Shown: positions 18,207-28,346, counted from the first letter of the stretch. The stretch is 64,000 bases of DNA from Candidatus Aminicenantes bacterium (GCA_963702005.1 OY969696.1:2720001-2784000), one strand, 5' to 3'. Translations and numbers: made by a program. Notes: a model not told the origin generated them from the letters alone.

Positions 18207-18356
18207 TCAGTTGGAATCGGGGTAGCAGAACCAGCGGGCGTCTTCCTGGCGGACGTCGGCCCGGCGGGAATTCACCTGTTTCCGGCTGGGCAGGAAGGCA
18301 AAAAGAATCATGGCGGCGCCCAGAATCCCGAACATGGCCAAAATGAGCTTCTTCAT
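18207..18356 (-). CDS. Small (49 aa) membrane or secreted protein, absent from the ORF track
   Basis: MKKLILAMFGILGAAMILFAFLPSRKQVNSRRADVRQEDARWFCYPDSN; GAAGGTG RBS; sigma54 site upstream. Confidence 0.6.
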   Translation of the reverse strand: MKKLILAMFGILGAAMILFAFLPSRKQVNSRRADVRQEDARWFCYPDSN

Positions 18357-18402
18357 ATCGCACCTTCTATATGAACTGATAATTCATTTCAAAAAATAAT
18401 TA

Positions 18403-18418
18403 TGCAATTTTTGTGCCA
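18403..18418 (-). promoter_or_regulatory. Sigma54 (-24/-12) promoter
   Basis: Minus strand TGGCAC-AAAAA-TTGCA, matching the RpoN consensus. Confidence 0.7.
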
Positions 18419-18677
18419 GTCTCGGGAAAAAAGCCTCTCCCATAAATTTGATATTTCTTCGCCCTATACTGACCATATTTTTGCCTTATTTTTGTCTCTC
18501 ATGTAAATAAAATTGACATAGGGGGATTCCGGCCGCCTGTTCTTTCGGGAGGACGCCTGTCCATCGTTTGACCCATTCGCCGACGCTACTCCGCCCTGAA
18601 AGGCGGGGACGAGAAGCGCGGCTCAGGGTTAAACCCTGACCAAGCCGTGGCATTCCTGCCGGGGAGCAGTCTTGCAG

Positions 18678-18713
18678 CACTCATACTAAGCCGGAAACGG
18701 CTTAGTATGAGTG
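18678..18713. repeat. Perfect 16-bp inverted repeat with GAAA loop
   Basis: CACTCATACTAAGCCG-GAAA-CGGCTTAGTATGAGTG. Confidence 0.85.
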
Positions 18714-18756
18714 TCGAGGGTTTGACACTCCCGTCCAAAGGAGTTAAAAAAGAACC

Positions 18757-21351
18757 ATGAAAAGAATCCCCGGTCTCGGTTTCGTCATCATAATCGTCCT
18801 GGCGATATTCCCCCTCGAGCTCCGCTCCCAGGAGGGGCTTATACCCCGTTTCTCATTAGATGAGTCGGACATCGCCCTCTCCCGCCTCGCCCAGCCTCAG
18901 ACCTATTTCGATAGGGCGGGCCGGCGTTTCGCCATCCTGGGCCTCGAGAGCGGGACTTTCGAGGCTTGGGCTTACCCGCTCAAGCTCGTCAGGAACGCGG
19001 AGCTTTCCTTCTTGATCGGGTCCAGCACTCAACCTATCCCGGCCCGGGACATCGTCCGTTTCATCACGGTCACTCCGGCCGCGACGACCCTGACCTACGT
19101 CTATCAATCCTTCACCGTCCGCGCGACCTACGTTGCTTCCATCGAAGAGCCGGGAGCCGTCATCCTGCTCGCGGTCGACAGCATCGAGCCGCTGACCGTG
19201 GTTTGCTCCTTCCTGCCCGTCCTCCAGCCGATGTGGCCGGCCGGGATCGGCGGCCAATATAGCTACTGGGACGACACGATAAAAGCTTACCTCATCTCCG
19301 AGCCGACCCGGCGCAACCACGGCTTCTTGGGATCGCCGGCCGGAAGGGGAATATCCTACACGCCGGCCCACATGCTGTCCGATGTCCCCAACCAGTTCAA
19401 GATCGAGATCACGGACCCCGCTTCCGTGCGCGGCCGGTTCATCCCCATCATTATCGCCGGCGGCAAGGGGGCGCGTGACGATATCCGCGGTGTTTACGAG
19501 CGTCTCGCCGCCGACCCAAAGGCCGTCTACGCCGCCGCCGCCGCCCATTATGACCGGCTCCTGGCCGAAACCCTTCATATCACGACACCTGACGTCCGGC
19601 TCAACCTGGCCTGGGAATGGTCCAAGATCGCTTACGACAACCTCATCGTCGACAATCCCGACCTCGGCCGAGGGATGGTGGCCGGGCTCGGGCTGTCGGG
19701 CACGGGCGGGCGCCCCGGCTTCGGTTGGTTCTTCGGCGCCGACGCCTACCTCAATTCGTTGAGCCTGCTCGGGTTCGGCCGGCACGAAACGGTCCGCGAC
19801 GTCCTTGCCTTTACCCAAAAGTGGCAACGGGAAGACGGCAAGATGGCCCATGAGCTCAGCCAGGCCGCCGGCTACATCAACTGGTTCAAGGATTATCCCT
19901 ACGCCTATATCCACGGCGATACATCTCCTTATTACATCGCCGCCGTTTACGCCTATTTCCGCAGGAGCGGGGACGAGGAGTTTCTGAAGGCGAGCTGGCC
20001 CTCGCTCAAGAAAGCCTTCGCCTGGTGTTTATCCACCGATGATGACGGCGACGGCCTTATGGATAATAAAAAAGCGGGGCTGGGCGCGCTGGAGTTCGGG
20101 TCCCTCACCGGAATCCAAACCGATATCTACTGCGCCGCGGTCTGGCTCCGGGCCTGCCAAGCGATTGAAGAGCTCGCCCGGGCGGCGGGGGAGCCGGCCC
20201 TATCTCGAAAGGCGGCGGATCTATTCGCCAAAGGCCGCCGCGCCCTGGAGGACAGGCTCTGGGATGAAGAGGCCGGCCAATATGCTTACGCCTTCAACGC
20301 GGCGGGTCAGAAGGTTAAGGAGCCCAGCCCCTGGAACGCCTATCCGCTGGCTTGGTCTCTTGCCGACGGCGAGCGGAGTGTCAGATCCCTGGCCCGCCTC
20401 AACGAATCCGACATGACGACCGATTGGGGCGTCCGCATCCTGTCCAGCCGCAGCAAACTCTACGAGCCTCTCAATTACAACTACGGGGCGGTCTGGCCTT
20501 TCCTGACGGGCTGGGTCGCGACCGCCCTCTTTAAACACGGCTTCCTCCCTCAGGGATATCAAGCCTTAATGAGCTCGGTCCGGCACAGCTTCGACAACGC
20601 GCTCGGCGAGGTCACCGAGCTTTTTTCGGGCGCCCTGAACACCTGGCCCCAGGAGGCCGTGGCCCACCAGGGATTTTCGACCGGCGGCGTTTCGCTGCCC
20701 CTGGCTTGGGGGCTGCTCGGGCTCGACGGCGATGCCGCGAATAGGTCGATCCTGTTCGAACCCTGCTTTCCCGCCGACTGGCCGGAGGTTCGGATCGAGA
20801 GATTCCGGGTCGGAGGCGCATCTTTCGATTTGGCTTATACGCGGCGGGAGGACGGCATCCGGCTCGAGGTTGCGTCCAAAGGGGGAGAGGCGGCCGGATT
20901 CAAGCTTCGCTTCGCCCCAGCTCTCGGCCTGGGGACAAAAATCCTGCGCGGTTCCTGCAACGGGACGCCCATTCCGGTCGAAGCGGAAACGCCGGCCTGG
21001 GCTCAATCGATGAGGCCCGGGATCGAGGTCCCGTTGACGGGATCGGACATCGTCGAGATAGCCATCGAGTCCACGGCCGAAATCCTGCCGCCGGGGAACG
21101 ACACGGCGACGGGGGATTGCGACAAGGGACTGAAGATCCTCAAGATCAGCCTGGCCGGGAGCGATCTCACGGTTGCCTGCGAGGGTCTCGCCGGACGCGA
21201 ATACGCCTTGCCCATTCTCCGACCGGAGAGGGTCGCGTCCGTTGTCGGCTCTGTATTGAGCGGTCGAAGCCTGAAGATTCTCATGCCAGCCGGCCCGGCC
21301 GGAGGATTCGTCCGGCACGAGGTCAAGCTGACGCTTAAGACGAAGCGCTGA
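18757..21351 (+). CDS. Exported (alpha/alpha)6 glycoside hydrolase, amylo-alpha-1,6-glucosidase-like
   Basis: Signal peptide; GRPGFGWFFGAD; QREDGKMAHE; DDDGDGLMDN; YNYGAVWPF. Confidence 0.8.
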   Translation: MKRIPGLGFVIIIVLAIFPLELRSQEGLIPRFSLDESDIALSRLAQPQTYFDRAGRRFAILGLESGTFEAWAYPLKLVRNAELSFLIGSSTQPIPARDIVRFITVTPAATTLTYVYQSFTVRATYVASIEEPGAVILLAVDSIEPLTVVCSFLPVLQPMWPAGIGGQYSYWDDTIKAYLISEPTRRNHGFLGSPAGRGISYTPAHMLSDVPNQFKIEITDPASVRGRFIPIIIAGGKGARDDIRGVYERLAADPKAVYAAAAAHYDRLLAETLHITTPDVRLNLAWEWSKIAYDNLIVDNPDLGRGMVAGLGLSGTGGRPGFGWFFGADAYLNSLSLLGFGRHETVRDVLAFTQKWQREDGKMAHELSQAAGYINWFKDYPYAYIHGDTSPYYIAAVYAYFRRSGDEEFLKASWPSLKKAFAWCLSTDDDGDGLMDNKKAGLGALEFGSLTGIQTDIYCAAVWLRACQAIEELARAAGEPALSRKAADLFAKGRRALEDRLWDEEAGQYAYAFNAAGQKVKEPSPWNAYPLAWSLADGERSVRSLARLNESDMTTDWGVRILSSRSKLYEPLNYNYGAVWPFLTGWVATALFKHGFLPQGYQALMSSVRHSFDNALGEVTELFSGALNTWPQEAVAHQGFSTGGVSLPLAWGLLGLDGDAANRSILFEPCFPADWPEVRIERFRVGGASFDLAYTRREDGIRLEVASKGGEAAGFKLRFAPALGLGTKILRGSCNGTPIPVEAETPAWAQSMRPGIEVPLTGSDIVEIAIESTAEILPPGNDTATGDCDKGLKILKISLAGSDLTVACEGLAGREYALPILRPERVASVVGSVLSGRSLKILMPAGPAGGFVRHEVKLTLKTKR

Positions 21352-21386
21352 CGATAGAGGAAAAGTCCGGACGCGGTCCGGACCCG

Positions 21387-21944
21387 CTACTTCTTGATGG
21401 GAGCCGCGGCGGCATTGGCCGCGTCATAGCGACGGACGACCTCGTCGGTGATTTCGATGGCCTGGTTGAAGTAGACGATGCCGCTGGCCGCGACATCGAG
21501 GACCAGGTCATACCCCCGCTCCTGGGCGATCTGGTTGATGATGACGATCATGTCGCCGCGGATCTTCTGGATGAGGTTGTACTGCAGCTGCTGGTAATCC
21601 TTGGTCGAATCCTCCTCGGTCCGCTTCCGTTCCGTCGTCTTGCGATCGATATCGCCCTGGAGCTGGAGCATGGCCTCGTTGCTCAAGGTCAGCCGCTGGG
21701 TGTTGAGCTTAGTCTCGAGCGTCCGGAGATCGTTGTCGAGCCGGGCCAGGTCGCTTTTAATTCTGTCCTCGCGGGCCTGGAACTGGGTTGCCGCCCTCTT
21801 TCCTTCGGACGAAGTTTCGAAGGCCTTTTGGGAGTTGATGACGGCGATCTTGATGTTGGGGGTCTGGGCCCAAGCGGCCGCGGTCAGGACGAAGCCCGCG
21901 CCGACCAGGGCGAGAACAGCTAGGGTTCTCAATCGTATTGTCAT
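21387..21944 (-). CDS. skp: OmpH/Skp periplasmic chaperone
   Basis: Signal peptide; KIAVINSQK; GYDLVLD; EITDEVV. Confidence 0.88.
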   Translation of the reverse strand: MTIRLRTLAVLALVGAGFVLTAAAWAQTPNIKIAVINSQKAFETSSEGKRAATQFQAREDRIKSDLARLDNDLRTLETKLNTQRLTLSNEAMLQLQGDIDRKTTERKRTEEDSTKDYQQLQYNLIQKIRGDMIVIINQIAQERGYDLVLDVAASGIVYFNQAIEITDEVVRRYDAANAAAAPIKK

Positions 21945-22017
21945 GTTCGCCTCCTATGACGGGATTCTATGCTCACGTCCGTCCTTTCAAACACCGAAAG
22001 GCCGGAGAACGTTGCCC

Positions 22018-23133
22018 TTAGCCTCTAAGCTCCCGGAGCGCCGCGCCGATCCGGTCAAGTCCCTTGAGGAGGACGCCGGGCTCGTCGCCATAGCCGAAAC
22101 GCAGATGGCCGTCCATCAGGAAATGATCGCCCGGGACGATGAGGACGCTCTTTTCGCGGATGAGCTTCTGGACGAGCTCGGTCGAATTGATCTTGAGGTT
22201 ATAGTGGGCGAAGACGATTGCGCCGGCCTTGGGCGGGACGAACTCGAACAGGCCGTCCTGAGACCGGAGCCAGTCTCCGATGACCGGAAAGTTGGCCTTG
22301 AGGATGCCGCGGGTCCGAGACAGAATTCGCTCCCGCGTCTCGGGCTTGAGGACGAGCCGGGCCAAGTTGTCGCTCAGGACGGTTGGGGAGATGGTCGTGT
22401 AATCGTGGTAGGGCCAGGTCTTGGCGACCGCGTCGGCCGGCCCGACCATCCAGCCCACCCGCAGCCCGGGCAGGCCATAGGCTTTGGACAAGCCGTTGAC
22501 GACGAAAAGCCGATCGTATTTTCCCCAGAAGCTCTCGGTCCGGGGGCCATCGACTTCAGCGCCCTGATAGACCTCATCGGCCACGATCCAGGCGCCGACC
22601 TGGCCGGCGAGATTGACGATCGCGTCCATGGCATCCCGGTCCATGATCGCGCCGGTCGGGTTATTGGGGTTGGTGACGATGATGAGCTTGGTCTTTTTCG
22701 TCACGAGCTGGCGGAGCTCATCAAGGTCCGGCGCCCAGCCCCAGTCCTCCCGAAGATGGAAGGGCTTGAGCTTGGCCCCGAAGGCCCGGGTCAGTCCCCA
22801 CATCTGCATGTAGTTGGGAAGCATGAAGAGGACCTCGTCGCCGGGCTCGACCTTGCTCCACATCAGGAGAAAATTGGCCTCGGAAGAGCCGGTTGTGACC
22901 AGGACCTGGTCCGTCCCGGCGCCCGGGTAGAGCGAGGCAACGGCGGCCCGGAGCTCCGGCGTCCCGTTGGTCTGGCTGTATCCCAAGCCGAGCTTGAGGA
23001 GCCGGTCCAGCTCTTCGCGAGCAACGAATTCGCCGAGCGACAGGGGATGGACGCCGCTCTCGGAGAGGTTGTACTCGACAACGTTCTCCCAGGTCGACTG
23101 CATCCGTTCCATTTCAAATGTCTCTATTTTCAT
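22018..23133 (-). CDS. PLP-dependent aminotransferase class I/II
   Basis: NPNNPTG; ADEVY; GLSKAYGLPGLRVGW. Confidence 0.93.
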   Translation of the reverse strand: MKIETFEMERMQSTWENVVEYNLSESGVHPLSLGEFVAREELDRLLKLGLGYSQTNGTPELRAAVASLYPGAGTDQVLVTTGSSEANFLLMWSKVEPGDEVLFMLPNYMQMWGLTRAFGAKLKPFHLREDWGWAPDLDELRQLVTKKTKLIIVTNPNNPTGAIMDRDAMDAIVNLAGQVGAWIVADEVYQGAEVDGPRTESFWGKYDRLFVVNGLSKAYGLPGLRVGWMVGPADAVAKTWPYHDYTTISPTVLSDNLARLVLKPETRERILSRTRGILKANFPVIGDWLRSQDGLFEFVPPKAGAIVFAHYNLKINSTELVQKLIREKSVLIVPGDHFLMDGHLRFGYGDEPGVLLKGLDRIGAALRELRG

Positions 23134-23957
23134 ATCGTCACCTTAAAAACTCCTTTGAAGGCGAACCCCAGGACGACGGACAGGATGAAATAGGCGACCA
23201 GCCAATGGACGCCGATGCCGAACAAGTTCAGCCGGCGTTCGGGATAGCGGACCTCGAAGGTCTTCAGCGGAGCGTCCGAGGGAAGCGATCTCTCGCCGGG
23301 ATGCGAGATTTCGCGCCAGGCGTTGGTCCGAACCCTGGCCGTCGAGACTCGGGCCAGCCGGCCGTCGTCCACGACGACTTTTTTGGCGGCGCTTTGGTCC
23401 GCCCAGCGAAGCGTGACGTCGTGGACGCCGGGGGACTCGGCCCGGATCCTCCAGTCGACTTCCCGGTCCTCCTCGATCCTAAGCGGGGGCGTCTCGACAA
23501 CCAGGCCGGCCGGCGCTTCGAGCCTCATATCCGTCTCGACCGGACTGTAGCCTTCAGCCAGCCGAACTATGACCAGCGCGCGCTCGCCGACCTGAAGCGG
23601 CCGGCTCCCGAACCAGTCGTTGAGCTGGATGAGGATGATGAGGACGGGAACGATCATGACCAAGAGCGGCTTGAAGGCATAGCCGATGTACTTCAGGTTG
23701 GCCGCCAGGATGCTTCCCTGCGCCCTCAATGAGACCGCCAGGTCGTTCTTGAAAAGGCGCAGCTCGAGGAGATGGGCTTTGATCAGGTTCTTGACCCGGC
23801 GGATTCCGTCCTGATTTGAGGTGAGGCGATAGATGGCGAGCATCAGGAAGCCGGTCAGCAGGGAGACGACGGCCATCGCTATCCAGGGGCTCATGGCCCG
23901 GAACGGCCCGAGCAGAAGGTCGAACAGCCCGGATACGACGGCGTTGAAAACGTTCAT
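23130..23957 (-). CDS. Membrane protein, DUF106/EMC3/TMCO1-like topology with an Ig-like insert
   Basis: TM1, basic coiled region, KPLLVMIVP TM2, beta-rich insert, WLVAYFILS TM3. Confidence 0.55.
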   Translation of the reverse strand: MNVFNAVVSGLFDLLLGPFRAMSPWIAMAVVSLLTGFLMLAIYRLTSNQDGIRRVKNLIKAHLLELRLFKNDLAVSLRAQGSILAANLKYIGYAFKPLLVMIVPVLIILIQLNDWFGSRPLQVGERALVIVRLAEGYSPVETDMRLEAPAGLVVETPPLRIEEDREVDWRIRAESPGVHDVTLRWADQSAAKKVVVDDGRLARVSTARVRTNAWREISHPGERSLPSDAPLKTFEVRYPERRLNLFGIGVHWLVAYFILSVVLGFAFKGVFKVTI

Positions 23958-23970
23958 GGAGTCCTGGGAC

Positions 23971-24162
23971 TCAGGAAATGTAGCCGAGCCCCTTGAGCTT
24001 CTTCTTGATCTCCTCTTCGGAGTCCGACTCCTCGAGCTTGGCGATTTCCTTCTCGAGGCAGTGGCTGATGAACTCTTCGACCGAGGTGTAGCCCGAGAGC
24101 TCGGCGTACTTTTTGACTTTGTCGATGAGGTCCTTGTCCAGCTTGACCTTGCCTTTGCCCAC
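23971..24162 (-). CDS. Small RHH/CopG-like protein with C-terminal LxxLGY motif
   Basis: KVKLDKDLIDKVKK..GYTSVEEFI..EEEIKKKLKGLGYIS; GGAGG RBS with GTG start. Confidence 0.78.
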   Translation of the reverse strand: MGKGKVKLDKDLIDKVKKYAELSGYTSVEEFISHCLEKEIAKLEESDSEEEIKKKLKGLGYIS

Positions 24163-24171
24163 GATATCCTC

Positions 24172-26184
24172 CTAAAAAACGGGTTTCCCGACGAGATTCT
24201 TCGGCCTTTCGACGCCGAACAGGGCGAGCAGGCTGGCCGTCAGGTCGTAGAGGGCGGGGCTCTCGCTGCGGATGGGCCGGTTGGCGAGAAGGATCCCCGG
24301 AATAATCTGAGGATCGCCCATGTGGTCGCCGCTCCATTTTTCGGTGTTGTCCTCGAAGATGTCCTTGGAGAAGCGCCCCATCGGCGAGCCCCAGGAGATC
24401 CGGTAGCCGCGGTTGAACCCGAGCACGATGTCGGGCGCGCGATCGAGGCAGGAACCCGTGTAGACGTCGCGGGCGACGAAGGCCCGCAGAACGGCCCGCT
24501 CGCCCGTCTTGGGATCGACCGTCTCTTCAAGCTTGCGCGCGATCTCCCGGACCAAAGTCTCCTTGTCGGGTCCGGGCGGCACGATGCCCTCGCTTTCGCG
24601 GCCGCGCTCGTTGATGTAGAGGCCGTTGAGGCCGACGCCGTAGGCCCGGCTCCGGGACCAGTCCGTATTCAGGAACAGGGAATCCTCGCTGAGGCGCCGC
24701 TCGCTCTTGAGGACGTGATAGCCGTTGGCCTTGAGCCAGCTGTTGAGGTTGAAGGCTCTCCGGAAGGGGTTGAAGCCGTGGTCCGACATGGCGATGACGA
24801 CGGCGTCGCGGCCGGCTTTGTCGAGCGCCTTGCCGAGGAGCGCGTCCATGTCCCGGTAGATGGACTCGATGACCGGCCCGTATTTGAGGGCGAGCTGCGC
24901 GTCGTATGTCGGGCTGGCCGGGTCCCTGAAACGCCAGAACATGTGCTGGCGCTGGTCGGTCGACGAGATGTAGAAAAAGAGGAGGCCGGCGTCGAAACGG
25001 GCCAGCTCGTAATCGAACATGTCGAGGCTCTCGCGCAGGATGCGGCCGTCCATGGCCAGAAACTCGTCCTCGTCGAGGACGTCGTTGTCGAGGGCGCTCG
25101 TGTCGGCGGGCAGGCCCTTGGTGAAGAACGGTCCGAACTTGGCGGCGAGCTCTTGGGCGTAAGATTCGGGGGTTGAAATGGGGAGGGCCGGGTCGCCGGG
25201 GTCGATGTTGACCGGCGTCACGTACAGCTTGAACTCGGGATGGACCTCCTTGAGATAGAAAAGGCAGATGCCGCCGACACTCTGAGTCGGCATGAAGCCG
25301 AACCGGACCTTCTTCCAGTCGCTCCATTCCTTCTCGCGCAGGATGAACTCCTGGCCCTGGAAGGAAATCCGCGCGACCGGGTGGACGGGATCGATGTCGA
25401 TCCGGAGGTCGACGAAGGTGTCGGGCAGGTCCTTGAGGAAGCTGTTGACGGGGCCTCTGAGCTTCGCGTCGACGCGGTTCCCGATGACATAGACCTGATG
25501 GACCCGGCCGCCGCCGATGTCTTCGTTGATTTCGGCCGGGACCGTCGTGTAGTAGTTGAACTGCCCGTAAGTCCCCAGCAGGTCGGGCGTGCCCATGCCG
25601 GAAATCGTCCGCTGGCGGCTGGCGACCGGAGGGTAATTGGCCGGGATCTTGAAGATCGTTGACGGGATGCCCTGCTCCTCGAGAATCTGCCAGAAAGCTT
25701 TGCCTTGGCGGAGGTTCCGGACCTCGCCGCCCGAGAGCGGGAAGACATATTTGCCGAGCTTCATGGTCCGTTTGGCCGCCTCGGTGGCCGAGGCTGAGAA
25801 AATGATGAACTTGGAAGGATCCGACTGTTGAGCCGGGTCCCGGTGGATGAAATCGAAGATGCCGTGGCCGCCCGGGTTCGTTCCGGCGATGAAGTTCGAC
25901 CAGGCGACCGGACTCTGGGGCGGGATGCTCGTCCGGAGCGGGCTGAAGCTCCCTTGCGCCGCCAGCTTGCGGAACGAGGGGAGCTTGCCCTCGTCCATCC
26001 ACAGCTTGAGGAGGCCGGGGTCGATGCCGTCCATGCCCAGGACGAGGACCTTGCGGGCCGCGTCCTTCTGGCCGTGGAGCTTGCTGACGAGCCCCGGGCC
26101 GCCCAGAGCGAGCAGCGAAGCGGCCCCCAGGCTGAGTTTGAGGAAGTCTCTCCGCTCGAGGGGATGGCCTTTGATCCTTGTCAT
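24172..26184 (-). CDS. AlkP-superfamily NPP-like phosphodiesterase with Tat signal
   Basis: ERRDFLK; VLGMDG; PPQSPVAWS; MSDHGF; WSGDH. Confidence 0.85.
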   Translation of the reverse strand: MTRIKGHPLERRDFLKLSLGAASLLALGGPGLVSKLHGQKDAARKVLVLGMDGIDPGLLKLWMDEGKLPSFRKLAAQGSFSPLRTSIPPQSPVAWSNFIAGTNPGGHGIFDFIHRDPAQQSDPSKFIIFSASATEAAKRTMKLGKYVFPLSGGEVRNLRQGKAFWQILEEQGIPSTIFKIPANYPPVASRQRTISGMGTPDLLGTYGQFNYYTTVPAEINEDIGGGRVHQVYVIGNRVDAKLRGPVNSFLKDLPDTFVDLRIDIDPVHPVARISFQGQEFILREKEWSDWKKVRFGFMPTQSVGGICLFYLKEVHPEFKLYVTPVNIDPGDPALPISTPESYAQELAAKFGPFFTKGLPADTSALDNDVLDEDEFLAMDGRILRESLDMFDYELARFDAGLLFFYISSTDQRQHMFWRFRDPASPTYDAQLALKYGPVIESIYRDMDALLGKALDKAGRDAVVIAMSDHGFNPFRRAFNLNSWLKANGYHVLKSERRLSEDSLFLNTDWSRSRAYGVGLNGLYINERGRESEGIVPPGPDKETLVREIARKLEETVDPKTGERAVLRAFVARDVYTGSCLDRAPDIVLGFNRGYRISWGSPMGRFSKDIFEDNTEKWSGDHMGDPQIIPGILLANRPIRSESPALYDLTASLLALFGVERPKNLVGKPVF

Positions 26185-28346
26185 GATCGGCCTTTCCGGG
26201 AGCGTTTCTGAGATGGAGGGACGGCGGTCCTAGCGGCCGCGCCTTCCGCGGCCAGGAGCGAGCGGCCGTCCATATGGGCCGGGACGGCGACGCCGAACAG
26301 CTCCATCACGGTCGGCGCGATGTCCATGATCGACGGCGGCCGTCCGTTGGTGCTCCCGTTCATGAAGAAAACGCCGGGCACGACCCTGGGGTCGATGCAG
26401 TGGTCGCCGCTCCAGGCTTTGAGGTTGTCCTCGAAGACGGACGGCGTGACCTTGCCCGTCACCGAATCCCAGGAGGCCCGGTAGCCCTCCGCGTAGCCGA
26501 CGATGAGGTCGGGCGCGTTTTCGCGGTAGGGGCCTCGATAGACGGCGTCACGGTCGAACAGGATGTTGATCCCGGCCGGGCCGTTCGCCCCGTCCTTGAG
26601 GCCGCCCAGCTTTGTCATGAGCTCGGCCTTGAGGGCCGTCGCCTCGGCGCCCGGCTCGACGATGCCCTGCGCTTCGCGGCCCTTGAGGTTGAGGTAGAGG
26701 CCGCCCAACCCGAGGGCGTAGGCTTTGGTCCGCGTCCAATCGACGTCCTTGAACCATTCTCCGTCGCCGCCGGTTCCTTCCTTGAGAAAGAGGTAGCCGT
26801 TCTTCCAGAGCCAGGAGTTGAGGTTGACGCCGCGCCGGAAGGATTTGAAGCCGTGGTCGGACATGATGATGAGGACGCCTCGATCGTCGAGCGTTTGCTC
26901 AACCCGGCCGACCAGGTCGTCCATCCTCCGGTAGAGGTCCTCGACGACGGCCGCGCTCATCCTGGCCTGTCCCGTTTTAAGGGCGGGATGGGCCTTATCG
27001 AGGTAGCGGAAGAACATGTGCTGGATGCTGTCGGTCGTCTCGAAAACGCAGACAACCATTCCCTTCCGCGTTTTCTTAATGGCGTTGAAGAACATGGCCT
27101 CCCACTCCAGATGATTGGAGTAGGTCAGCTCGAGGAAGGCTTTTTCGCTCAGGACGCCCTCGTTGAGGGCCCAGGTGTCGTTGGCCTCGCCGAGCGTGAT
27201 GAAGCTCCCCAGGAGCTTGGCCAGGTAGACCGAGTAGATGAAAGGATGGGAGATGGGGAGAGCCGGTTTTTCGGGATCGATGTTGAGGGGCGTGATATAC
27301 ATCTCAAAATGGGGCCTGACGCTCGTGATCAGAAAGCGCGCGATCGAACGGACCTTGATCCCCAGGCCGGGCTTGAAGACGAGCCCGGTCCAGGGCGAGA
27401 AAACATCCTTGGCGAGGCGGAAGGTCTGTCCCGAGACCTCGAGGACGGCCTCCTCCCGGCCGGGATCGAGCTTGACCGTCATCGGGATCCGGATCTCTCC
27501 GCCCGATTTGAGGAGGGTGTTCTCGGGGCCGGAGATAAAAGTCCGGACGACGTTCTCTTCGACCGTCACCGGAACGGCCAGGCCGCCCTCGCGCCTGTGG
27601 ACCTTTTCGGGATCGGACGTATAGAACGAGAACGTCCCTTGGCTTCCCTTGAGGTCGGGCGCGCACATCCCCGACAGGAGGTGGCCGCTGAATTTTTCGG
27701 GCGGGAAGGTGATCGGGACGCGGAGGATCGTGCTGAAAATGCCCTTGTCGCCCAGGAGCTTCCAGAACGGGACGCTCCTGCGCAAGCCGCGGATCTCGGG
27801 CTTGGAGATCGGGATGTCGTACTTGCCGACGGACAGGACCTTCTTCGGCTTTCCGATCCGGGCCGAGGACAGGTCGGGAAGATACGTCTTCGGGTCGCGG
27901 CTCAGGAAGTCGAAGATATTATGCTTGGACGGCTCGGAGCCGGTCATGAAAGAGGACCAGGCGACCGGCGAGATCGAGGGAATGGTCGTCTGGAGCCGGG
28001 CGTAGGTCCCGTCCTTTTTGAGCCGGCTGAGGTTGGGGAGCTTCCCCTCGGCCATGAACTTTTCGGCGATCGTCGGCTCCATGCCGTCCAGGCCGAGGAT
28101 GACGACCTTGTCGACCTTGCCTTTCCGATAGGCTCTTTGGCCGCGCAGGGCGCGCCACAGGAAGCGAAACGGCCAGGATAAGAACGAAAATACGGCCAGG
28201 AAAAAAGTCAGGAATAGGACAAGGAACGAGGACAGGAAGGCGAACCCGGCGCCCGGGCCGATGTAGGCGGCCGCCGGCAGGGCGATCCCGAGGATGAGTA
28301 CGAGCGCGATTCCCGCGCCGATGATCCCGGCTTTGGGACGGTTCAT
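26181..28346 (-). CDS. AlkP-superfamily NPP-like phosphodiesterase with N-terminal membrane anchor (YIGPGAG)
   Basis: ILGLDG; PSISPVAWSSFMTG; MSDHGF; WSGDH. Confidence 0.85.
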   Translation of the reverse strand: MNRPKAGIIGAGIALVLILGIALPAAAYIGPGAGFAFLSSFLVLFLTFFLAVFSFLSWPFRFLWRALRGQRAYRKGKVDKVVILGLDGMEPTIAEKFMAEGKLPNLSRLKKDGTYARLQTTIPSISPVAWSSFMTGSEPSKHNIFDFLSRDPKTYLPDLSSARIGKPKKVLSVGKYDIPISKPEIRGLRRSVPFWKLLGDKGIFSTILRVPITFPPEKFSGHLLSGMCAPDLKGSQGTFSFYTSDPEKVHRREGGLAVPVTVEENVVRTFISGPENTLLKSGGEIRIPMTVKLDPGREEAVLEVSGQTFRLAKDVFSPWTGLVFKPGLGIKVRSIARFLITSVRPHFEMYITPLNIDPEKPALPISHPFIYSVYLAKLLGSFITLGEANDTWALNEGVLSEKAFLELTYSNHLEWEAMFFNAIKKTRKGMVVCVFETTDSIQHMFFRYLDKAHPALKTGQARMSAAVVEDLYRRMDDLVGRVEQTLDDRGVLIIMSDHGFKSFRRGVNLNSWLWKNGYLFLKEGTGGDGEWFKDVDWTRTKAYALGLGGLYLNLKGREAQGIVEPGAEATALKAELMTKLGGLKDGANGPAGINILFDRDAVYRGPYRENAPDLIVGYAEGYRASWDSVTGKVTPSVFEDNLKAWSGDHCIDPRVVPGVFFMNGSTNGRPPSIMDIAPTVMELFGVAVPAHMDGRSLLAAEGAAARTAVPPSQKRSRKGRS

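Noticed and set aside
17998-18363. 121-aa minus-strand ORF
   Set aside because: It crosses the att core antisense to the tRNA fragment; the 49-aa ORF in another frame has the RBS and promoter.
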